Made by a program: the position numbers and the translations under genes. A stretch of DNA of 34,780 nucleotides from Acidobacteriota bacterium (lineage in GTDB: Bacteria > Acidobacteriota > Polarisedimenticolia > J045): assembly GCA_020350085.1 (NCBI GenBank), contig CP070706.1:3865620-3900399 (forward strand). The letters run 5' to 3'. Positions 15,976-22,691 of the stretch are shown one piece after another. Numbering within the stretch: the stretch's first letter is position 1; every line of letters starts with the position of its first letter. The notes beneath the pieces are model-generated. The model was not told the origin of the DNA. It saw only the letters and a program-made list of their open reading frames with translations, and did not search any database.

Positions 15976-16561
15976 TCTCGCGGGCCGGAGATTCGTCCGG
16001 CTCGAGTTCTTTGAGCGGCGGCAAGCCGAGCAGCTTGCGACCGACATCGAGAACGATCTCGGCGGCGCTCGGCGAGACGAGCACGACCCGCTTGAATCCA
16101 TCGAGGCGCGCGTAGACGGCCGGCGCGAGCGGCGACAGTCCGCCGATCTCGATCTGCGGCGTGCGGCGCGGCGAGGACCCGTCATCCGCCGGCCGAATGA
16201 CGGCCGAAAGCGAGCCGATGGGCGGGGCGAGTTGGAAACGCTCGAGGCTCTCGGGGTGCTCCTCGACGGTCTCCAGATACCGCACGCGAGACCACGCTCC
16301 GAGCACGTCACCGGCGAAGTACGGATCGACTCCCTCCGGCCCGTCGACCACCACCCAGCGCCGCGATGCGTCACGCTCCAGCCGCGCGCGCACATTGCCG
16401 AGTGTAAGCGTGAACTCCTCCACGCGGTACACGTTGAACGGAAACACCATATCCTGCTCGCGGCGAAGCCCGCGCTCGACGTCCTTCTCCTTGAGCAAGT
16501 ACGCCGCCGCCGCGAGTCCGGCGACGAGGACCAAGCCCAGCCACATCCCGCGGGATCTCAC
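15938..16561 (-). CDS. DUF4340-like protein (accessory to GldG-type ABC systems)
   Basis: N-terminal TM anchor (MWLGLVLVAGLAAAAYLL). The pattern RWVVVDGPEG...AGDVLGAWSRVRYLETV...FQLAPPIGSLS...IEIGGLSPLAPAVYARLDGFKRVVLVS is typical of DUF4340. The start overlaps the gldG-like stop by 4 nt. Confidence 0.6.
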   Translation of the reverse strand: MRSRGMWLGLVLVAGLAAAAYLLKEKDVERGLRREQDMVFPFNVYRVEEFTLTLGNVRARLERDASRRWVVVDGPEGVDPYFAGDVLGAWSRVRYLETVEEHPESLERFQLAPPIGSLSAVIRPADDGSSPRRTPQIEIGGLSPLAPAVYARLDGFKRVVLVSPSAAEIVLDVGRKLLGLPPLKELEPDESPAREINSPAATPPASP

Positions 16562-18159
16562 TTGCTCCTCCTCAGGAACCAGATCACGCCTCCGATCAGC
16601 AGCACGACGACCGGCTCCAAGACCAAACCTAGTCGGACGCGCCGCATGCGGGGCGGCTCGATCGTCACCGCCGTCTTGCCCATCTGCCGCTCGCCTTCGC
16701 GCCGAATCAGCAGCTCCTCTCCCGTGATCCAGTTGACGACGTTGAGGGCGAGATCGTCATTGGCGCGCTGAGGCAGCTGGGCATTGTTGAGAAAGTCGGC
16801 GTCACCAAACACCACGAACCGCGCCTGCGTGCCGGCGTGCGTCTCACCGGGCCGCGGCTCGAAGCGCCGGAAGGCAGCGATGCCGAGGATGGGCGGATCC
16901 TCCGCTGCCTCGGCCATGGCCACACTGTCGCCAGCGCGTCCGCTCGCCGCGCGCTCAAGATCGGTTTCCGCGTAGACGCCCCGGCCTGCGCGCACCATGA
17001 CGTGGTGGAAGATCTGCTGGTCCTCGAGCACCTGGAAGAACTGCAGCGGACGAGCCCCGATGTAGACGGTGCGCTTGCCGCGCAGCGCCGCGACGGACTC
17101 GTGGCGACCGTACTGCTCGCCGAGCACCGTCCAGGTGTCCTCATACTCACCGAGCTTCTCGGGCCGTGCGTCGATGGCCACGCCAGCCAGCGCCCGAATG
17201 CCCCACCTCGCGAGCAGCGGCGCCAGCGGATTCTCGTCGCTCGTGCGCTGCTTCATATCGACGTCCGTCAAGGCGAGAATGCTGCCGCCGCGGCGCAGAT
17301 ACGCATCGTAGGCCGCGAGCTCCGATTCCTGAATCGGGTCCTGCGGATCGGCGATGATCAACAAGGACGCATCTTCCGGGACACTCTGGCCCGGGCCGAG
17401 GCTCAGCGTTTCAACCCGGTAAAAGCTCGAAGCGAGCTCTCGCTGGAGTACCTGGTAGCCAAGCTCGCCTTCCGCCTCGAGGGGGCGTTCGCCATGGCCG
17501 TAGATCCAGTAGATCACCTTGTCCGTGTCGCGGGTCACCTCGCGCAGCGCCGCTGCCAGCTGTGCCTCGCGCTCGGTGGCATCGCCCGGATCGGGAAAAG
17601 CCACCACGCGCTCGCCCGAGCGCACGACCGTCAACTGCGTGCCGCGCACGCCGAGCTCTTGCATCAAGTCGGGCCGCCGCTGCGGATCGGCTACCGTCAG
17701 GCTCATCGTCGGCGTGTAGAACTTGAACGTCTCATACAGCCCTTCCACCGCCCGCGCCGCCAGCGGCTCTCGTTCTGAGAACAGCGCAAAGACGTCCACC
17801 TCGCGATCGATGCTGTCGAGCACGCGCATCGTCACCGGGTGGAGCGAGAACACGCGCGCTCGCGTCAGGTCCCAGCGCTCGCGGTAGCGCACGGCGAAGA
17901 AATTGAGCAGCAAGACGATCGACACGACAACGGCGGCCGTCACCAGCGCGTTGGCGCCGAAGCGCACGCGCTTGCCGCCCACCGGGTCGCGTAACGTCTG
18001 GCGCCAGCCCCAGATCGCGGGCAGCAGCATCAGCAATCCGACCACGACCAGGCCGCGATATGTCCCGGGATGAAGTCTCGGCGCCAGCACAGCCCAGCCG
18101 GCGCCCACGACGAGCAGCGCCATTCCAACCGGTCCTGCGATGTAGAAGATGCGCTTCAC
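16558..18159 (-). CDS. GldG-like ABC-type transport auxiliary protein (ABC_transp_aux family)
   Basis: N- and C-terminal TM segments. RWDLTRARVFSLHPVTMRVLDSIDREVDVFALFSE matches the family N-terminal motif, and FVVFGDADFLNNAQL...NDDLALNVVNWITGEE matches the C-terminal motif. It follows the ABC-2 permease after a 4-nt gap. Confidence 0.75.
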   Translation of the reverse strand: MKRIFYIAGPVGMALLVVGAGWAVLAPRLHPGTYRGLVVVGLLMLLPAIWGWRQTLRDPVGGKRVRFGANALVTAAVVVSIVLLLNFFAVRYRERWDLTRARVFSLHPVTMRVLDSIDREVDVFALFSEREPLAARAVEGLYETFKFYTPTMSLTVADPQRRPDLMQELGVRGTQLTVVRSGERVVAFPDPGDATEREAQLAAALREVTRDTDKVIYWIYGHGERPLEAEGELGYQVLQRELASSFYRVETLSLGPGQSVPEDASLLIIADPQDPIQESELAAYDAYLRRGGSILALTDVDMKQRTSDENPLAPLLARWGIRALAGVAIDARPEKLGEYEDTWTVLGEQYGRHESVAALRGKRTVYIGARPLQFFQVLEDQQIFHHVMVRAGRGVYAETDLERAASGRAGDSVAMAEAAEDPPILGIAAFRRFEPRPGETHAGTQARFVVFGDADFLNNAQLPQRANDDLALNVVNWITGEELLIRREGERQMGKTAVTIEPPRMRRVRLGLVLEPVVVLLIGGVIWFLRRSK

Positions 18160-18163
18160 GCCC

Positions 18164-18925
18164 TCACCTCCAACGCTGACTGTCGACGATCTGAGACGTC
18201 AGGAACAGCAGCAACGCCGTCATGCTGAGGAAATAGACCAGCGGCTGCGTATCGACGACGCCGCGGGCGAGCAGGCTCAGATTGCCGCCCGGGGTGAACT
18301 GCTCCAGGTTCTCGCCGACCAGCGGCACGCGCGGAACGAGAATGCCCACGACGTAGACGACGGCCATGAACAGCAGCGTCAAGAACCCCGCTTGAATCGT
18401 GCTCTCGGTCAGACTCGAGGCCAGCAACGCGATCGCCAGCATGAGCGCTCCGTACAGCAGCACTCCCAGAATCCCCGAAAGCAGCGGTGCCGGATCGGCA
18501 CTTCCCCAGTAGACGACGACGAACGGCATCCACACCGCCAGAGCGAGCATCGTGATCAACACGAACACGGCGCCGAAGAACTTGCCCAGCACTAGATGCC
18601 ACGTCGTCATCGGAGCCGTCAACAACAGCTCCGCCGTGTGCTGTTGTCTCTCCCAGGCCAGCATGCGCATCGATAACAGCGGCACGATGATGAGAAACGC
18701 CCACATGATGTCCGAGCCGAGCATTCCCCTGACGATATTCTCCACGCCCGGCATCTCCGCCAGCGGGTTCATCGCCGCCCGCAAGCGAGTCCGCTCGTAA
18801 CCCATCAACAGGGCGTAATAGAGCACCCCCATGATGCCGAGAAAAGCCGCAATCGCCGTGTAGCACAACGGGGACACGAAATACGATTTGATTTCGCGTC
18901 GAAACACCGCCCAGACGAATCTCAC
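18164..18925 (-). CDS. ABC-2 type transporter permease (GldF-like)
   Basis: MRFVWAVFRREIKSYFVSPLCYTAIAAFL is a typical ABC-2 permease N-terminus, followed by about 6 hydrophobic helices. The GTG start overlaps the ATPase stop (GTGA at 18922-18925). Confidence 0.8.
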   Translation of the reverse strand: MRFVWAVFRREIKSYFVSPLCYTAIAAFLGIMGVLYYALLMGYERTRLRAAMNPLAEMPGVENIVRGMLGSDIMWAFLIIVPLLSMRMLAWERQQHTAELLLTAPMTTWHLVLGKFFGAVFVLITMLALAVWMPFVVVYWGSADPAPLLSGILGVLLYGALMLAIALLASSLTESTIQAGFLTLLFMAVVYVVGILVPRVPLVGENLEQFTPGGNLSLLARGVVDTQPLVYFLSMTALLLFLTSQIVDSQRWR

Positions 18926-19923
18926 GCGGGGACCTCCTCCAAGACGACATCTCGGAAGACCTCTTCGAGCGTTGCCGTCTCGGCTCGGACCTCGATCAGA
19001 CCGTAGCCGCTGTTCGCCAGACCGGCCACGAAACGCTCGCGAACATCGTCGCCCGGCTCGAGGAAGAAGCGGAACTCCTGCTCGCCGAGGCGCTGAACCT
19101 GCCTCACCGCCGTCAGCTGCCGCAAGGGGTCGAGCTCCTCCGGGGGCCGGCGCAGGCTCGCGACCACACCGCCGTGGCTCTCTCTGCTCAGCAGCTCGTC
19201 CATCGGTCCATCGGCGACGACGAGCCCCCGATTGATGATCACCACCCGATGACAGGTCGCCTGCACCTCGGGCAAGACGTGACTGGACAGAATGACGGTT
19301 CGTTCCTCGCCCAGCTCGCGAACGATCCCGCGAATCTCGATCACCTGCGTCGGGTCGAGGCCGACGGTCGGCTCGTCGAGGATCAGCACGCGCGGCTCGT
19401 GGATCACGGCTTGGGCCAGGCCCGTGCGCTGGCGGTATCCCTTCGAGAGGTTGCCCACGAGGCGTTGCGCCATGTGCGTCAGTCCACAGCGCTCGAGCGC
19501 GAGGTCCACCGCCCGGCGCCGACGCGCCCGCGGCACCCCTCGCAGCTCAGCAGCGAAGGAGAGATAGTCTCGTACCGTCATCTCGGGATACAGCGGCGGG
19601 ATCTCCGGAAGGTAGCCGATCGCCCGGCGGACTTCGAGCGGCTCGTCGAGTACGTCGTGACCGGCGATGCTGACCGAACCTCGCGTCGGCGGCATCAGGC
19701 CGGTCATGATCTTCATCGTCGTCGATTTGCCGGCTCCGTTCGGTCCGAGAAAGCCGACGACCTCTCCGCTTCGCACCGTGAAGGAGATCCCCTTCAAGGC
19801 CTCGAACGGGCCGTAAAACTTGTGCAGCTGGTCGATCTCGATCATCGACTGGCGTGGCCGACCGGGTGGCACGGGACTCGCGCTTCCGCCCCCCGCAGAC
19901 GCGGACGTCGAAGTGCTTGTCAT
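18922..19923 (-). CDS. ABC transporter ATP-binding protein (GldA-like)
   Basis: Walker A GPNGAGKST, Q-loop, signature LSKGYRQR, Walker B LILDEPTVGLD, H-loop SSHVL. ATG 19923 has AAGAGGA about 9 nt upstream. An alternative start at 19845 (MIEIDQL) has no SD. Confidence 0.93.
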   Translation of the reverse strand: MTSTSTSASAGGGSASPVPPGRPRQSMIEIDQLHKFYGPFEALKGISFTVRSGEVVGFLGPNGAGKSTTMKIMTGLMPPTRGSVSIAGHDVLDEPLEVRRAIGYLPEIPPLYPEMTVRDYLSFAAELRGVPRARRRRAVDLALERCGLTHMAQRLVGNLSKGYRQRTGLAQAVIHEPRVLILDEPTVGLDPTQVIEIRGIVRELGEERTVILSSHVLPEVQATCHRVVIINRGLVVADGPMDELLSRESHGGVVASLRRPPEELDPLRQLTAVRQVQRLGEQEFRFFLEPGDDVRERFVAGLANSGYGLIEVRAETATLEEVFRDVVLEEVPA

Positions 19924-19998
19924 CAGCTCTGGTCCTCTTCGTTGGACGACCGCTCGCCGGTGCCGGGAGACTCAGCACCGGCGGCAAAAAGGCCTCTA

Positions 19999-20025
19999 TT
20001 TATAGCGGTTTAGTTCGAGTGTCAA
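19999..20025 (-). promoter_or_regulatory. Sigma70-like promoter candidate for the ABC/GldG/DUF4340 operon
   Basis: The minus strand reads TTGACA (20025-20020), a 15-nt spacer, then TATAAA(TA) (20004-19999). This is the most AT-rich patch I noticed in the window, about 75 nt upstream of the ATPase ATG. The spacer is short for the best -10 register. Confidence 0.4.
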
Positions 20026-20462
20026 CGAACCGGCGTCCGGCTCGTCTCAGGGCCGTTCGCCGCGTGCCGATCTGAGCGTGTGCGGGCCGGACGCCTATTC
20101 GGCCGGTTCTCGTCGACGCCGGTCGCAGGGCTGTCCGTGCGTGAGACCACGCACACGGACAGACCGGGGCGCCGCAGCGCGGCTCGCACACAAGCCTGCA
20201 AGCGAGCGTTCGCGCCCGCCAGCCGGCGCTCCCAGCCATCACCTCGGAAAACCAGGCTCACACGATGGTGCCTCTGTTCGATGGCGAGCAGATGTCTCGC
20301 CAGTTCGGGTCCTAACGCCTGGCGGACTCGGGCCAGCCTCACGCTGCAGTACAGTTTCGACGGTCCGCCGGGAGGCGGCGACAAGCTCGAAACCGCCACC
20401 CAATCCCCTCGCCTGCGTCTCCAACGCCGTCCCGCGAAATCGTCCATGGCGTGAGCATACAT
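20022..20462 (-). CDS. Hypothetical protein, possibly DUF721/DciA-like
   Basis: RLARVRQALGPELARHLLAIEQRHHRVSLVFRGDGWERRLAGANARLQACVRAALRRPGLSVCVV loosely follows the DUF721 pattern (w..ivG..la.ht.p..l..g.L.v.v.s..wa.el......l...l......v..i.f.v). Third-position GC looks lower than in neighbouring genes and the termini are R-rich. Weak call. Confidence 0.35.
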   Translation of the reverse strand: MYAHAMDDFAGRRWRRRRGDWVAVSSLSPPPGGPSKLYCSVRLARVRQALGPELARHLLAIEQRHHRVSLVFRGDGWERRLAGANARLQACVRAALRRPGLSVCVVSRTDSPATGVDENRPNRRPARTRSDRHAANGPETSRTPVR

Positions 20463-20754
20463 GGTGGAGCGAAGATTGTTGATCGGCTGCCCTGGGCCAG
20501 CACCAGAGACCAGCTCCAGAACTCGTCGGCCAGTGCACGGCCGAGGTTCATCCGAAAAGCGCGCCATCGCCCAGAACGTGACGGAGCGCCGCTTGCGGTG
20601 CCCGTGCCGTCCGCCTGCCGACGCCCGTCCTGGATACGCGTCCGCCAGCGACGAACACTCTCGGCTCCACCAGGCTCAGAGTGTGCTATCGTGCCTCTTC
20701 CCGCTCGGAGTCGGCCCTGCCGAGGACGCGGGCCGTGAACTTGGTGAGCACGCG

Positions 20755-21009
20755 ATGAGCATCCGATCTGTTCCGCACGAGGAGCCGCCGTGTCGTTTCG
20801 TCACCAGCTGGGGCGGCACGCTGCGCTGCCAAGACCCGGTCTACGAAGAAGGATTCTGCCGTTTTCACTACGAGTGCTACCTGAGAGGCGAGCTGCTGCC
20901 CAACGGCCAGATCAACGAAATGCTATCCGACCAGAATCGGCGCCGTACGATCAATTTCCACGGAATCCCGCGCGACGAGTCCGTGTACGTCCACCAGGCC
21001 GATTCCTGA
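20755..21009 (+). CDS. Small (84 aa) Cys-rich hypothetical protein
   Basis: MSIRSVPHEEPPCRFVTSWGGTLRCQDPVYEEGFCRFHYECYLRGELLPNGQINEMLSDQNRRRTINFHGIPRDESVYVHQADS. The composition is balanced, unlike the R/P/A-rich shadow ORFs. Four Cys are spaced C-x11-C-x9-C-x5-C. GGTGAG lies upstream of the ATG at 20755. I recognise no family. Confidence 0.5.
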   Translation: MSIRSVPHEEPPCRFVTSWGGTLRCQDPVYEEGFCRFHYECYLRGELLPNGQINEMLSDQNRRRTINFHGIPRDESVYVHQADS

Positions 21010-21138
21010 ATCGTGCTTGCGGGCCGTCGGTGATCTGAACAACGCTCTGGGCCCCGTTGCTGCATTCCTCGCTGACGTCGCTCCCCAAGTCTTTCCGGAT
21101 CGACCTCGCATCCGCTCGCGGAGCACGACCGACCTCCG

Positions 21139-22173
21139 TCACCTTCTGCGCGCTGGCCCGATCTGGTAACGGCGCACCGCTCGCTGGTGCTCGCGCAGCG
21201 TTCGGCTGAACTGATGCGAGCCGTCGCCCTTCGCAACGAAGTATAAAGCGCCGGAGACATCGGGCTCCACGGCCGCAACCAGAGCGGATAACCCGGTCGA
21301 GGCGATCGGACCCGGCGGTAAACCGGCATGGCGATACGTGTTGTAGGGATGGTCGAACGAGAGGTCGGCTTTTCGGATGTTTCCGTCCCAACGCCCCTCC
21401 ATCTTGAGCGCGTAGACCACGGTCGGATCGCACTGGAGCAACCATCCCCGCCGCAATCGCTCAGCGAAGACACCGGCTATTCGGCCCCGCTCCTCGGCGA
21501 GACCTGTCTCCTTCTCGACGAGCGAGGCGAGCGTGACGATCTCGCGCAAGCTGCGTTCGCTGGCCGCGATCTCGGCCGCGTACGGCTCGGCGAATCGCAG
21601 ACGAAACGTGCGGACCAGCTCCTGCGCCACGCGCCGGGCGACAAACGGCAGCGGGAAACGGTACGTCTCGGGAAACAGATACCCCTCGAGATCGCTCGCG
21701 AGTGGATCGAGGTCCTCGATGAGGCTGACGTCGGCGAACGCGGCGAGCAGCTCCGTCTGTTCGGCGACGCCCTTCTCCGCCAACAGCTGTGCTGTCTCGA
21801 GGCGCGTCAGGCCTTCCGGCAACGTCACGGCCGTGGTGACGCTCTGGCCTGCTCTCAGCTCGCGGATCAGCTCCAGCGGCGTCAACGGCGGCTGCAGCTC
21901 GTACTTGCCGGCCTTGACCTCGCGATGTGCGCCGGTCAGACGCAGCAGCGCGGCGAACATCCAGCTCGGTGCCACGAGGTGGTGTTGCTCCACGAGCCGC
22001 GCGATCTCGCGCCCGTGTGCACCGGCGGGCACCTCCATCTGAACAGGACCCTGACCACGGGTGCCCTGGGGATGGAATGCGAACCCGATCAGGCCGAGCC
22101 CCGCGGCCAGCCCTACCAGGGCGATGGCGGCTAACGGCATCAGCAGCAGACGCGTCGCGCGGCGTTTGCTCAC
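21139..22173 (-). CDS. mltG: Endolytic murein transglycosylase MltG (YceG-like)
   Basis: N-terminal TM anchor. The LysM-like region is followed by the YceG core (VTLPEGLTRLETAQLL, EGYLFPETYRF, IVTLASLVEKET, VFAERLRRGWLLQCDPTVVY, YNTYRHAGLPPGPIASTG). The GTG start overlaps the ruvX stop (GTGA at 22170-22173). Confidence 0.9.
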   Translation of the reverse strand: MSKRRATRLLLMPLAAIALVGLAAGLGLIGFAFHPQGTRGQGPVQMEVPAGAHGREIARLVEQHHLVAPSWMFAALLRLTGAHREVKAGKYELQPPLTPLELIRELRAGQSVTTAVTLPEGLTRLETAQLLAEKGVAEQTELLAAFADVSLIEDLDPLASDLEGYLFPETYRFPLPFVARRVAQELVRTFRLRFAEPYAAEIAASERSLREIVTLASLVEKETGLAEERGRIAGVFAERLRRGWLLQCDPTVVYALKMEGRWDGNIRKADLSFDHPYNTYRHAGLPPGPIASTGLSALVAAVEPDVSGALYFVAKGDGSHQFSRTLREHQRAVRRYQIGPARRR

Positions 22174-22604
22174 GACGAGCGGTCCTGCTCCAGGGAGCGC
22201 CGATCGAGAAACCCCTGCAAGATCAGTGTCGCCGCCAGCTTGTCGATCACCTGGCGCCGCTTGCGTCGCGAGACATCCGCCTGGATCAGCACGCGCTCGG
22301 CCCCAGCCGTCGTCATCCTCTCATCCCAGAGGAAGACCGAGACCGTGCAGCGCTCGCGCAGCTTCGCAGCGATCAGCTCCGCTTCCGGGGCCAGTTCGCC
22401 CGGCCTCCCGTCGAGCTGCAGCGGCATTCCAACGACGACCTCGGCGATCTCCCGCTGCTGAATCTGCTCGGATAGCCGGCGCAGATCGCGCTCCAGACCG
22501 GACCGGGCCAGGACCTCGAGCGGCATCGCCACACGGGCGTTTTCGTCGCTGACCGCCAAGCCGAGCGTCTTCGTGCCGACGTCGATGCCGAGAACGCGCG
22601 CCAT
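22170..22604 (-). CDS. ruvX: Putative pre-16S rRNA nuclease / Holliday junction resolvase-like RuvX (YqgF)
   Basis: MARVLGIDVGTKTLGLAVSD...VVVGMPLQLDG...WDERMTT...DAAAATLILQ-like C-terminus (DKLAATLILQGFLD). Size is typical at 144 aa. Confidence 0.93.
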   Translation of the reverse strand: MARVLGIDVGTKTLGLAVSDENARVAMPLEVLARSGLERDLRRLSEQIQQREIAEVVVGMPLQLDGRPGELAPEAELIAAKLRERCTVSVFLWDERMTTAGAERVLIQADVSRRKRRQVIDKLAATLILQGFLDRRSLEQDRSS

Positions 22605-22691
22605 GACTCGATTGTCGTCGAGCCGATCGATGCGGGCAAACCGCCTCGGCCGCTGCGCGTTGGCCGCCGACGGACTCGCCGGGATCTTCGA

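Noticed and set aside
13956-16395. ORFs 13956..14552 (-), 14544..15812 (+, 422 aa) and 14974..16395 (-, 473 aa)
   Set aside because: These are alternative or antisense frames of the HEAT, GWxTD and DUF4340 genes. Arg content is very high and no domains are recognisable.
16837-17778. ORF 16837..17778 (+, 313 aa), antisense to the GldG-like gene
   Set aside because: It is an antisense shadow with no motif support.
19174-20013. ORF 19174..20013 (+, 279 aa), antisense to the ABC ATPase
   Set aside because: The opposite strand carries a complete Walker A/B and signature set. This ORF also runs through the promoter region.
20877-21473. ORFs 20877..21473 (-) and 20951..21445 (-) between the small Cys-rich ORF and mltG
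   Set aside because: They overlap the mltG 3' end in the wrong frame and the plus-strand small ORF. Their composition is R/S/P-rich.
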